DNA from: Leptolyngbyaceae cyanobacterium
GTDB lineage: Bacteria > Cyanobacteriota > Cyanobacteriia > Phormidesmidales > Phormidesmidaceae
Assembly (NCBI GenBank): GCA_050331235.1
Contig: JBHJHA010000060.1
Coordinates: forward strand, 10,235 to 74,234
DNA length: 64,000 bases
Direction of reading: 5' to 3'
The notes below the pieces were generated by a model. It was not told the origin of the DNA and made no database searches. It saw nothing but the letters and a program-made list of their open reading frames with translations. Positions within the stretch are counted from its first letter, which is position 1; each line of letters begins with the position of its first letter. The translations under genes and the position numbers were made by a program. This document shows, in pieces, positions 1 to 10,027 of this stretch.

Positions 1-529
1 CAAAAATACGGAAATCCAGTCGCTGATTACGGCCTTGGGCTTGGGCATCAAAGGGGAAGAGTTTGATGAATCGCAGCTCCGCTATCACCGGATTTGTCTC
101 ATGACTGACGCCGATGTAGATGGAGCACACATCCGTACACTGCTATTGACCTTTTTCTATCGTTATCAACGGGCGCTGATTGACCAAGGCTTTGTTTATA
201 TTGCTTGCCCACCTCTGTACAAGATTGAGCGGGGACGCAATCACTGGTACTGCTACAGCGATCGGGAGCGGGACGAAATCTTAAATGGCTTTCCTGACAA
301 TGCTAACTATGGCATTCAGCGCTTTAAGGGTTTGGGTGAGATGATGCCCCAGCAGCTCTGGGACACCACTATGAATCCAGAAAGTCGGACCCTGAAAAAA
401 GTTGAGATCGAAGACGCCGCTGAAGCGGATCGTATCTTTACCGTGCTGATGGGCGATCGCGTCGCACCACGTCGTGAGTTCATCGAAACCTACGGCCCTA
501 AGCTCGATCTGGACGACTTAGATATTTAG
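1..529 (+). CDS. gyrB: DNA gyrase subunit B, C-terminal part (5' truncated by window)
   Basis: TOPRIM motif [19 protein letters not shown] and [17 protein letters not shown]; ends TAG 527-529. Confidence 0.97.
   Translation, partial: KNTEIQSLITALGLGIKGEEFDESQLRYHRICLMTDADVDGAHIRTLLLTFFYRYQRALIDQGFVYIACPPLYKIERGRNHWYCYSDRERDEILNGFPDNANYGIQRFKGLGEMMPQQLWDTTMNPESRTLKKVEIEDAAEADRIFTVLMGDRVAPRREFIETYGPKLDLDDLDI
453..460. repeat. HIP1 octamer GCGATCGC (example; dispersed throughout the window)
   Basis: Recurs very frequently, e.g. 453, 26213, 42822; hallmark of many cyanobacterial genomes. Confidence 0.9.
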
Positions 530-962
530 TGACGGTGATTGGTACCAGCAAGGCAAATGCTGCGCTGCCAAGCACCGGGCGCACCGGACCGAGCAAATGA
601 GTGTAATCGCAGCTTGTCATCAGCGTCAACTTGGTCATGCCCCAAACCGATGGGGGCTCATGGAATCCCTTGGTCGTCGTTAGCTGGCTAGAGCAAGAGC
701 TCATAGCTGCATTAGACCCGGAATTTAGTTTTGTCCAGACTACTGCATCGAGGCCAAAAGAGGCGAACGAATGCTGGATTCGATAAACTTAAGTTTGGGA
801 CAAGGATTTTGGATAAGTCAAGCGACCCGCTCCCCCTTTGAGGAGGCGTCTTCAGTGGGGAGGGTGGGACTGGAAACAGCTCAACTTCAATCTGAAGGAG
901 CCAGATCTCCGCTCAGGCGAGCATTGTGCACGATCAACAGCAAGATATATGGTAAGTGTGGC

Positions 963-1565
963 CTATCGCCAAACATAAATTAGGATGAATAATACAATCC
1001 AAATTACGTCTACGAAATGCCAGAAAATTGATGCTGCGTTGACTCCATACTCGCCACTTTCATAATTATTGGGGATAAACGATCGCCCCAGCATGACGCC
1101 TTGCAGCATGACGCCTGTAAGGACGTGTAAACCATGAAACCCGGTCAACAAATAAAACGTGCCGCCAAATAGTCCGTCTGTAAAGCCAAAGGGTAGCCCC
1201 AACCACTCCACCGCTTGCCCATAAAGAAAAAAGCTGCCCATCGCCATGGTTAGCAACCAAAAAATGCGAAAGCCCCACAAATTTTCTCTATGTAGAAATC
1301 GCTACGCAAAATAAATTACGAAACTACTAGACACAAGAACAATGGTGTTAATCAACGGATAGCGGAATTCGAGGCCATCAAACCCTGCTGGATACCAATC
1401 GGCTGTGCTGGTTTTGTAAACGATATAACCCACAAAAAAGCTGATAAAAATAACGCTTTCCGAAAGCAAGAAGACGATGAACCCAAACATGCGATGGTCT
1501 TCTTCTTCGTGCTCCATAGCGTGAACGTTTTGCGCCTTCGTCTGATCGAGATTAGCTGTGCTCAC
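963..1565 (-). pseudogene. ctaE: Heme-copper oxidase subunit III interrupted by an in-frame TAG (pseudogene or sequence error)
   Basis: ORFs 1302-1565 and 963-1280 are in the same frame: ..VIYFA*RFLHRENLWGFR..; motifs FLLSES, TGFHGLHV, FWHFVDVIW. Confidence 0.85.
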
Positions 1566-3234
1566 TGACTAACTCCTTTGCGGGGGTGTTTTCAACTAAA
1601 GGTTCATCACTGCCGTAGCCGTAGGGAGCTGACACGACCACTGGAATCTCATCAAAGTTTTCATGGGGTGGAGGAGAGGCCACGAGCCACTCGAGACCGA
1701 TTGCGCGCCAAGGGTTATCGCCTGCTTCCTTACCCCGAGTCCATGCACTCAGCATATTCAAAATAAATGGAATCGTAGAAACTCCCAGCAGAAAGCCTCC
1801 TAAACTCGCTAGCACATTCCAAAAGGCGAACTCTGGGTCATAGGACGCCACCCGACGCGGCATGCCCATCAGCCCAGCGGGGTGCATCGGAAAAAAGTTG
1901 AGATTGGCCCCGATAAAGGACAACACAAAGTGCAACTGCCCTAAGCCTTCGTAATACATACGCCCCGTCATCTTAGGAAACCAATGATAGATGGCGGCAT
2001 AAAAGCCCATCGTCACAGTTCCATACAGCACATAGTGAAAATGACCGACGACGTAGTAAGTGTTGTTGACATGAATATCGAACGGCACTGATCCCAATGT
2101 GATGCCAGTAATACCAGCAAACACCCACATGGCCAAACCGCCTAAAGCAAACAACATCGGTGTATTAAGGCGTAGCTTGCCGCCCCATACGGTTGCCACC
2201 CAGGCAAATACTTTGATCCCTGTGGGCACTGAGATAGTCATGGTAGAAAACATGAAGATCATGCGCATCCAGCTAGGCGTACCGCTGGCAAACATATGAT
2301 GCACCCAGACAATGAGGCTCAAACCTGTGATCACAAGGGAAGAAACCGCCACGACTGGATAACCGAATAGCGGCTTACGTGAGTAAACCGGAAAGACTTC
2401 TGAGAAAACACCAAAAATCGGCAGGATAATAACATAAACTGCTGGATGCGAGTAGAACCAAAAGAAATGCTGATAGAGAACCGGATCGCCACCTAGCTCC
2501 GGATTAAAAAAGCTGGTTCCCGCTGTGAGATCAAATAGCAGCATGACCGCTCCAGCCGTCAGTGCCGGTAAACCAATGAGCTGGATAAGCTGAGCGGCTA
2601 AAACAGTCCAGCAAAAAACAGGCATTTTGAACCAGCCCATGCCCGGTGCCCGCATCCGAAAAATGGTGGTCACAATATTGACCGCACCCATAATGGAAGA
2701 AACCCCAGATAAGGCAACGGCCACCAACCAAAGAAACTGACCATTAATCAAATTACCTGTAGGATTTTGCAGGCTGACTGGGGGATAGGCCCACCAACCT
2801 GATTGCGACGGTCCCCCTGGCACAAAGAAACTGACCGTCAAAATGATGCCAAACACCGGTACCAACCAAAAGGCGGCGGCATTGAGCCTGGGAAATGCCA
2901 TATCCCGTGCGCCAATCATCAGCGGCACCAAATAGTTGGCAAGTCCATTCAGCATAGGAAATGTCCACATGAACAGCATGAGGGTGCCATGCATGGTGAA
3001 CAACCCGTTGTAGACTGTGCGGTCAACCAGATCGGCTTCGGGGGTAATCAGCTCACCCCGCATGATCATGGCTAATAGCCCCGCAAACAAAAAGAATGCG
3101 AAGGCCGTCACAATGTATTGAATGCCAATGACCTTGTGATCAGTGCTGAAGGTAAAAAATCGCTTCCAATTATCGGGAGCACCGGGTTGAGGCTGCAAAC
3201 TTGGCTGCAGAGCCTCTAAAGATGCATTACTCAT
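1552..3234 (-). CDS. ctaD: Heme-copper terminal oxidase subunit I
   Basis: DHKVIGIQY, FWFYSHPAVY, VWVHHMF, GHFHYV, GMPRR motifs. Confidence 0.97.
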   Translation of the reverse strand: MSNASLEALQPSLQPQPGAPDNWKRFFTFSTDHKVIGIQYIVTAFAFFLFAGLLAMIMRGELITPEADLVDRTVYNGLFTMHGTLMLFMWTFPMLNGLANYLVPLMIGARDMAFPRLNAAAFWLVPVFGIILTVSFFVPGGPSQSGWWAYPPVSLQNPTGNLINGQFLWLVAVALSGVSSIMGAVNIVTTIFRMRAPGMGWFKMPVFCWTVLAAQLIQLIGLPALTAGAVMLLFDLTAGTSFFNPELGGDPVLYQHFFWFYSHPAVYVIILPIFGVFSEVFPVYSRKPLFGYPVVAVSSLVITGLSLIVWVHHMFASGTPSWMRMIFMFSTMTISVPTGIKVFAWVATVWGGKLRLNTPMLFALGGLAMWVFAGITGITLGSVPFDIHVNNTYYVVGHFHYVLYGTVTMGFYAAIYHWFPKMTGRMYYEGLGQLHFVLSFIGANLNFFPMHPAGLMGMPRRVASYDPEFAFWNVLASLGGFLLGVSTIPFILNMLSAWTRGKEAGDNPWRAIGLEWLVASPPPHENFDEIPVVVSAPYGYGSDEPLVENTPAKELVSEHS

Positions 3235-4144
3235 AAGTTTCCTCTTCTGCGCTGGCGTAATTAACGACGGGGGGCTCAGCCGGCTTAACAGTCTTCCAGC
3301 CTAAACTGATGGGATTTTCTTGGTTGCGGGCAAATTCCTCATAGGCCCGATTGTCGGCGGGGGCAGGCGATCGCTGCGCCGCCGTAGCCAGCCAATCCTG
3401 GTACTTTTCTGGTGACTCCACAACGACATAGCTTTGATTAGCCGCAAAATAGGTGCCGCTAAAGTCAGAATCGCGCACACGATAGCGTCCTTCACGCACC
3501 GGCGTAAACTCAAAGCTGATCTCACGGCCAGGAATAATATCCTGCTTGATGCGAAAGGCAGGGACATAGAAGCCATGGAGAACGTCTTCGGACACCAGCT
3601 TAAGATATGCCCGCTGATCAACCGGCAGATGCAGTTCCGTACTGCTCACGTCTTGATCGGGATAGTGAAATTCCCACGCCCATTGTCGGGCTCGCACTTC
3701 AATCGGTTTAGTCGGTTCAGCTGCCGCAACCAGGGGAGCAGCATTAGCCGAGGCCATGCCCATCGCCTTGGGCTCCATGGAACCCAAGATTTCCATACGA
3801 TCATAGGTCTGGTAGCTGGCAAAAGCGATGCCCACTATGACTAAAGTTGGCACCACCGTCCAAATGATTTCCAATTTGATGTTCCCTTCTATGGGGGGAC
3901 CATCACTGGTGTCGTATTTAGGTGCCCGCTGAAAGATCATTGAGTAAATCAGCGTTCCAACCACACCAAAAAAGATGAGGCTGCCAACCGTCGTCATCAG
4001 GCTAAAGAGATCATCCACCAACATCGACTCAGCCGATGCCTGGGGCGGTAACCAGCGATAGGCTTGTTGCCCAATCCAAAGGCTCAACAGCGTATCGGCG
4101 ATCGCCAAGCCAATCACGACAAAAATCCAACGTTGCTTAAACAT
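3227..4144 (-). CDS. ctaC: Heme-copper oxidase subunit II, ARTO type (no CuA ligands)
   Basis: LEIIWT, QWAWEFHYP, DVLHGFYVPAFRIKQD; the CuA CxExCxxxHxxM motif is replaced by RDSDFSGTYFAAN. Confidence 0.93.
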   Translation of the reverse strand: MFKQRWIFVVIGLAIADTLLSLWIGQQAYRWLPPQASAESMLVDDLFSLMTTVGSLIFFGVVGTLIYSMIFQRAPKYDTSDGPPIEGNIKLEIIWTVVPTLVIVGIAFASYQTYDRMEILGSMEPKAMGMASANAAPLVAAAEPTKPIEVRARQWAWEFHYPDQDVSSTELHLPVDQRAYLKLVSEDVLHGFYVPAFRIKQDIIPGREISFEFTPVREGRYRVRDSDFSGTYFAANQSYVVVESPEKYQDWLATAAQRSPAPADNRAYEEFARNQENPISLGWKTVKPAEPPVVNYASAEEETYE

Positions 4145-4150
4145 TGCAGC

Positions 4151-4801
4151 TTATAGCCTCAAACTCTTTATGACCACATTCAGAAGCTGGGCATTGGGAT
4201 CAAGCCCTTCCTTGAGCAGACGATCAGCCGTGACGTGAATGCCAAAGTCAGAACCTAGATGAGCTCCCAGCGTTCCCTGTAAAAACATCAGGACAAAAAT
4301 TCCGAGTCCCGCTAACAGGTAACTCCACTGCACCTGTCGAGCTCGATCAACTCGCCAGACATATCGCTGGAAGCCTCGCCAAACAGTCATTCCGACAATC
4401 AGCGCCAGCAGTAAAACGCCGCCTAAGCCATGCCATACCATCGTATCCATTGCCCCTAATCCCCAGGGGCTTTGAATACTCATATCGGGCTCAGCCAAAA
4501 TAATTTCATAAAAGCCAGCGGCAACGGTGAAGAAAGTCACCACTGCCCCAGCCACCATGTTGAACCAGCCCACATCATATAAATTTGAGCTAACCACTGG
4601 AATAGCTAGAAACTTAAAGATTGGCTTTTCTAGGGGATATAGGGCAGCGACGATATCAAACGCGATCGCAACGATAAATAAGCCCAAGGTCAAGTGAACA
4701 AGATTGGGATGAATTGGAACTTTATAGGGCAATCCGTTGGCTTGGGCCCCTAGCCATAGCGTCGATGCCGCGCCCTGCAATACTGCAATAGCCATAGCCA
4801 T
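4151..4801 (-). CDS. DUF2231-like membrane protein, oxidase-operon associated
   Basis: IHPNLVHLTLGLF motif, about 4 hydrophobic helices; ATG overlaps the upstream TAA. Confidence 0.8.
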   Translation of the reverse strand: MAMAIAVLQGAASTLWLGAQANGLPYKVPIHPNLVHLTLGLFIVAIAFDIVAALYPLEKPIFKFLAIPVVSSNLYDVGWFNMVAGAVVTFFTVAAGFYEIILAEPDMSIQSPWGLGAMDTMVWHGLGGVLLLALIVGMTVWRGFQRYVWRVDRARQVQWSYLLAGLGIFVLMFLQGTLGAHLGSDFGIHVTADRLLKEGLDPNAQLLNVVIKSLRL

Positions 4802-5301
4802 TAAAGAAGACCTCCTCGGATAGCTTCAACCACCGGCGCAGAGTGCAAGCCATACACCCAGACTAAATTGTCACCTAGATAAATCTGAAAGAATACAATC
4901 ATCATCAGAATTGCATCCACGCCCACATAAACCGCCGGCAGAGAGTCAGTATTACGCAGGCGAATAATGTATCGCCAACCCGTGATCAGGGCCAACAACC
5001 CAGATAAGGACCAGCCGATGAGCGTGTGCAAATTTAGGGTGCCAGCGGCTGCAGCGTAGGGAGTCGCCAACCCCGCCTCGATTTGCCCAAAGATGATCGC
5101 AATAAAAATTGAAACCGTGGCAAATACCATGTTCCACCATCCCACCTCTAAGAGGCGGGAATTTTTGTTGAAATAGCCAATGACGTCACACAAAATGCCA
5201 AACAGCACCATCGCAATCACAAAGTGCACCACGATGGGGTGAATCGTGTCGGGGTAGGGTAAATTGTGGTCGTTGAGGGGGGGCAGTAAATTTTCGAACA
5301 C
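4801..5301 (-). CDS. DUF2231-like membrane protein, first gene of oxidase operon
   Basis: IHPIVVHFVIAM motif; GTG start preceded by AGGAGA. Confidence 0.8.
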   Translation of the reverse strand: MFENLLPPLNDHNLPYPDTIHPIVVHFVIAMVLFGILCDVIGYFNKNSRLLEVGWWNMVFATVSIFIAIIFGQIEAGLATPYAAAAGTLNLHTLIGWSLSGLLALITGWRYIIRLRNTDSLPAVYVGVDAILMMIVFFQIYLGDNLVWVYGLHSAPVVEAIRGGLL

Positions 5302-6157
5302 AAGCGTCTCCTAAGAGAACAAATCTGACACTTCTCCCAGCTCCACTCCAGTGATGAGCATAGTCATCGATATCTTGGTGAATAAGCAAAACTATCGCAG
5401 GCTGGCGATATTCAGCCTGATTCTAAACGCGACGCTTTGCTGAGAAAAGCGTAACTGCATTGTAACCATGACGATTGCAATTTTCAGGTCCGCTCCGATG
5501 ATTCTCAAGTGGAACTTGATTGAGTCAAATCTATTCTAGGCTGGGTGGCTCTGCTGTCAGAAAACTGTCCAGAGTTTCTTGAAAACCTTTACAGAGCAGA
5601 CGCTCCAGCGATTACCAGACCGCATCGAGTGACTGTTGTTGACTTGAACGATGGGCCGCTCCAAATCCTTCGCCAGACTGTTGGTTTAAATAATGGAAAC
5701 TCAGGCTTCAGTTTAATTCAAGATTTTTCTTTATTGGGCGTTAAAGACACATCCAGCTGTTAATCGTCACCACAAAAAGCTTAAGAATAGATTAGGAACG
5801 CTGAGACTCTCAATGTATTTTGATACTTAGTTGGTCATGAGCTTATCGATAATGCCCGGAGTGAAATCACCAGATCGATATTGATGCAGTACGGTCAAAA
5901 TCCGTATTTGGCACAGGGGGATATTGCACATTCTGGTTGGGAGATGTTTCAGCAGGTGCCCCTAGACAATAGCTATCATTTGACTGGCGAGGGATCACCG
6001 TGGGTAAAGCGGTACCGAGTTCAAAGTGTAAGAAAAAGCTGTGTCACAAGCGATCTAGCGATTGAAAGTCTCTCAACTTGACCGCGGCTTACTCCGGTAT
6101 CCGTACTGAAGCTTTTGAGCTGATTCGGTATTCGCCTCTGCTGCAACCATAGCGCTG

Positions 6158-7240
6158 CTACAGACCTCGATCGCCGCTGTGGGTAAAAACATGAAGGGCT
6201 TCAGGATTGACTTTTACGCGAACGGTTTGCGCAAGTTCTAGCCGGTGATCGGCTGAAGTCCGTGCGTGAAATTGCTCTCCGCCGGCAGTCATGATGGTGT
6301 AGCGATATTCACGGCCGAGAAATTGGCGATCGCCCACTACTAACGGCCCTTCGGGATCGGCTATCAAAGACAGGTCCTCCTGCCGCACCATGAGCTCACC
6401 GACCGTGCCATCAGCGACTTTTTCCTTACTCGGGAACGTCCCTAGCCGGGTGTGCCAATGGTGGTGTCGACATTCCCCAGCAACAAAATTTGCTTGAGTT
6501 ACGAAGCCAGCTACAAATCGAGATGCCGGTTGGCGATAAATGGCTTCAGGAGTGCCAATTTGCTCAATACTGCCCGCTCGCATCACTGCCAACCGGTCAG
6601 AAATCGAGAGCGCTTCTTCTTGGTCATGGGTGACAAATACCCCAGAAGTTCCGACACTTTTGAGAATACTACGGACTTCTTGACGCAAATATAGTCGCAC
6701 CTGAACGTCTAAATTGCTAAAGGGTTCATCCAATAAAATCAATGCTGGCCGTGGCGCGATCGCCCGGGCCAAAGCAACTCGCTGCTGTTGCCCCCCGGAC
6801 AGCTCATGGGGAAACCGTTTCTCAAAGCCGGTGAGCCCAACTAGGGCGATCGCCCGTTGGGCCTCTTCATGAATTTGGCAAGTCGCTAGTTTGCCACGAC
6901 GAGCAAGATTCTTGAGGCCAAAGCTAACATTGTCCAAGACGCACAAATGGGGAAACAGGGCGTAATCTTGGAATACGACACCCACGTCGCGGCGTTCAGG
7001 CGGATACCAAACACCATCGCCACAAACCTGATGGCCCGCCAGATCTACGGTGCCATGTTGAGGTTTCTCAAACCCGGCAATGACTCTCAGTAATGTGGTT
7101 TTGCCGCATCCAGAGGGGCCCAGCAGTCCCAGCAGATCCCCTTGATTGAGGGTGAGGCTCACCCGATCAATTGCCGGCGTCGGCTGGTGCCGAAATTGTT
7201 TAACTAAACTGTCAAGCTTCAGGATGACCGAGCGCGTCAT
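6158..7240 (-). CDS. Fe3+/polyamine-type ABC transporter ATP-binding protein (FutC/FbpC-like)
   Basis: Walker A GPSGCGKT, VFQDYALFPHL, LSGGQQQRVALAR, TOBE-like C-terminus; start placed at MTRSVILK. Confidence 0.85.
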   Translation of the reverse strand: MTRSVILKLDSLVKQFRHQPTPAIDRVSLTLNQGDLLGLLGPSGCGKTTLLRVIAGFEKPQHGTVDLAGHQVCGDGVWYPPERRDVGVVFQDYALFPHLCVLDNVSFGLKNLARRGKLATCQIHEEAQRAIALVGLTGFEKRFPHELSGGQQQRVALARAIAPRPALILLDEPFSNLDVQVRLYLRQEVRSILKSVGTSGVFVTHDQEEALSISDRLAVMRAGSIEQIGTPEAIYRQPASRFVAGFVTQANFVAGECRHHHWHTRLGTFPSKEKVADGTVGELMVRQEDLSLIADPEGPLVVGDRQFLGREYRYTIMTAGGEQFHARTSADHRLELAQTVRVKVNPEALHVFTHSGDRGL

Positions 7241-7326
7241 GGGGCAGGTGCCATTGCAGTAATGGGTGATTATTGCCAATCATATTCAACAAATGTCACG
7301 CCAACAGATCTTTTCGACCGTTCCCC

Positions 7327-8568
7327 TCAAAAAAGTTTGGAGGGGGTACTCGATAGGCTATATTGCCGGCCGCGCCAGGACTTTGGCGTCCTTAGTGAGG
7401 ATAGCCAAATGCGAATGACCGCTAGCGGATCGGCTAAGGGAGAAAGCCAGAAGGCCCAACAATAGGGGGATTGGCTTAGATCATAAGACGGCAAAATCGC
7501 AAACTGTAAAGCGATGCGGGCCGCAATCAAGCTAGTGTTGAGTCCCAGACTCAGTTGAATGGGGAGCGAGGGCTGCTCTAAGCTAATGCCCCACAGTAAG
7601 CAGGGTAAGCCGAACCAAGGTAAAGCTTGAACACTGGTTAGAAACCAAAGGTCGCCACCTACCTGTCCGGTAGAAGAAGCGTCCTTTAAATCCAGCGATC
7701 GCCCCCATTCGCGCCAAGTTTCACGCAAGCCCTCATACATACGGACCTTCAGTAGTTGCGAGCCGTCCCAAAAGCCAACCTTTGCCCCTGATTGAGCCGC
7801 ATGGCGAGCCAGCGTCACATCGTCACAAAACGACTGTCGGGCAACGGCATAGCCCCCCAAGCGGTCTAGTAGTTCACGCCGACAGAGAAAGCATTGGCCG
7901 TTTGCCATGACTCGCTCAGCACCGTCTTCGGCAGCCCCTGTCGGCCCAAAGCGGTAGATTAGAGTCATCAATAGAGCTGGCTGCAACCAGATCTCGCCTA
8001 AGCCCTTCAGGATAAACCGAGGGGACAAGGATACCAGGTCGTACCCTTCAGCGGCCGCGGTCGCAATCAGAGCCGGTACCAAGCCGGGTTGCGGTTGGGT
8101 GTCAGCATCTAATCCTAAAATCCACTCGCTGTGAGGTGAACTGTGTTGGTAGCCGTAGTGTAGGGCCCAAGGGCGACCCACCCACCCCGAAGGTAAAGGG
8201 TCGTCAGTCAACAGTTGGATCCGGGGATCGGTCGTTTGAGCCTGCTGGACGATTTCGCGAGTGCCATCTTCAGAGCGACTATCAACAATGAGGATCTCGC
8301 GCACTTCTGCCGTTTGTTGAGAGAGACCCAATAAGCACGGTGAAATACGGAGGGCTTCATTAAGGGTCGGGACGACGACGCTAACGCTGTTTAGCTGGTC
8401 CGGGGTCAACGGCTCGGGTTTGAGGGGAGGACGGCGAGTGGGTCCTCGAAGTAAGCGTGACAGAAGGACCATCACTGCCGGTAGCTGCAAGACCAGGAGC
8501 ACCAGCGCGATCGCACTGATGACCACTGACCAAAAACTAGAAGAAAACATGCAGTCAAGCCTTACCAA
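7327..8568 (-). CDS. cruG: GT2 glycosyltransferase, myxoxanthophyll 2'-O-glycosyltransferase-like
   Basis: VVVPTLNEA, GWVGRPWAL, DAD, MANGQCFL, FCDDVTLAR; directly downstream of cruF; start may be 8550. Confidence 0.85.
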   Translation of the reverse strand: MVRLDCMFSSSFWSVVISAIALVLLVLQLPAVMVLLSRLLRGPTRRPPLKPEPLTPDQLNSVSVVVPTLNEALRISPCLLGLSQQTAEVREILIVDSRSEDGTREIVQQAQTTDPRIQLLTDDPLPSGWVGRPWALHYGYQHSSPHSEWILGLDADTQPQPGLVPALIATAAAEGYDLVSLSPRFILKGLGEIWLQPALLMTLIYRFGPTGAAEDGAERVMANGQCFLCRRELLDRLGGYAVARQSFCDDVTLARHAAQSGAKVGFWDGSQLLKVRMYEGLRETWREWGRSLDLKDASSTGQVGGDLWFLTSVQALPWFGLPCLLWGISLEQPSLPIQLSLGLNTSLIAARIALQFAILPSYDLSQSPYCWAFWLSPLADPLAVIRIWLSSLRTPKSWRGRQYSLSSTPSKLF

Positions 8569-8570
8569 AC

Positions 8571-9491
8571 TTATTTTGAGAGCCCTGCGGAAGCTGCCAT
8601 TTTCATGACAGGAGGCTCCGAGGGCTGAGTGTCAGACGCTGGCAACTCCAAAACCTCAGTCGGTGTCGCGAACCAACACAGTAAAGCGGGTAACGCCCCG
8701 ACCAGAAGGCCCAACAAAACGGGGACATAAATGCCGCCACCGAGACTCATAAACATGGCAAAGGCAAAGTTGGCTAGATACATTGTGAGCGGCAATGTCA
8801 GCTGTTGTCTGGTGACTGTTTTGAGACGCCCATTGCGACGCCATAGAATCGCTGCCACAGTCATAAAGGTGGCGCCGGTGACAAACCAGCCCGCAAAGTT
8901 TTCATAGGGCATGCCAAAAAATGCCCCCGGTTCATGCCAATACCAAAACGGCATGGCTGTTTGGCTCATGGCCGGATCTAGGACAAAATCCCAGGACATC
9001 AGCAACAGGGCTCCGGTAGCGATCGCAGCAAGTTGATGCGTCCAAGACCGCTGCTTAGCCACAAGTCCTCCCCGAGCTAGCAGGTAAGACGACACACCTA
9101 AATAGAACCAAGACAGCGGGATCGTGAAGGGAACCAGCCCTGCAATCTTGTAGCCAAGACCATTGAGATAGCTATAATCCCCAAAGGGAAACCCGGTGCT
9201 CGTGCCTGATAGCTCACTGGTCAAGGAAATGGCGATCGCAGGTAAACAAAAGGCGAGTAGAGCCTTCCAACCAAATGACCGCCGCAAGTAGAGAGCAACG
9301 GCGGCAGTTCCTAAGAGAATGTAAACCACCCCTCCCCCGGCCATGCTCCAACGGTAGAGGGTCGGACCAGCGGGTAAATAATCCAATATTTCAGGATGGG
9401 GCATTACCCACAACAACCCTGCCAAACCGAACGCCATCGAGAGCACATGGCCCCATAGGCACCACTTTTCAACGCGCATTAACCGAGTCAT
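8571..9491 (-). CDS. cruF: Gamma-carotene 1'-hydroxylase (carotenoid 1,2-hydratase)
   Basis: SELSGTSTGFPFGDYSY, VPFTIPLSWFY, WDFVLDPAM, FFGMPYENFAGW. Confidence 0.88.
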   Translation of the reverse strand: MTRLMRVEKWCLWGHVLSMAFGLAGLLWVMPHPEILDYLPAGPTLYRWSMAGGGVVYILLGTAAVALYLRRSFGWKALLAFCLPAIAISLTSELSGTSTGFPFGDYSYLNGLGYKIAGLVPFTIPLSWFYLGVSSYLLARGGLVAKQRSWTHQLAAIATGALLLMSWDFVLDPAMSQTAMPFWYWHEPGAFFGMPYENFAGWFVTGATFMTVAAILWRRNGRLKTVTRQQLTLPLTMYLANFAFAMFMSLGGGIYVPVLLGLLVGALPALLCWFATPTEVLELPASDTQPSEPPVMKMAASAGLSK

Positions 9492-10027
9492 GTACGAATA
9501 AACCTCTAACTGCGTGTTCAGTCGCTTTCGTCCGCCGAAGCTGAGAGCTGCAACATTTCTTATTGAAATCGTGCCCCACTTCACAGGTTTTGTAAAGTTT
9601 GCAAAAAGGCACCCTGTGCAGCGAGCGATCGCTGAACTAGCTTTAGTGTATGGCGTGACACCGTCTTGTGCAGTTACCGTGATTGCCGTTTCGCATCTGT
9701 GCCGTCCATTGACATCTGAAACGCGCTGGCACCCGGGGGCTGGAGGCAGACTGATACAAACTCCAATTCTCTGCGCTGAACAGGGGAACCCTGTCGAGAA
9801 AGCTGGAGCTAGCTGGTCGTTGGTCGCAGTGGTGGTGGTGGTTTGGGGTCGTTCGTAGCCTTAACCGTGATTCGGAGGTTCACAGCTACGTCCCCCGATC
9901 ACGTTTCTAGACAATTCCGGTGAATTCTCTCAAGCAGAACGCCCAAAGTTTTATAGACTGACCCATTAGGTAAGGTCGCGGTTAACGGTTGAGCTATAGC
10001 GAAAAGTTTAGGAGACAGGGAACAACC

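Noticed and set aside
1090..1117. Short direct repeat CAGCATGACGCCT x2
   Set aside because: Inside ctaE, encoding GVML-Q-GVML; only two copies, not an array
5516..5528. FNR-like palindrome TTGATTGAGTCAA upstream of the oxidase operon
   Set aside because: Spacing is one base shorter than TTGAT-N4-ATCAA; cannot be supported
9586..9608. HLR1-like site upstream of cruF
   Set aside because: One good half-site, but the repeat period is 9 rather than 10
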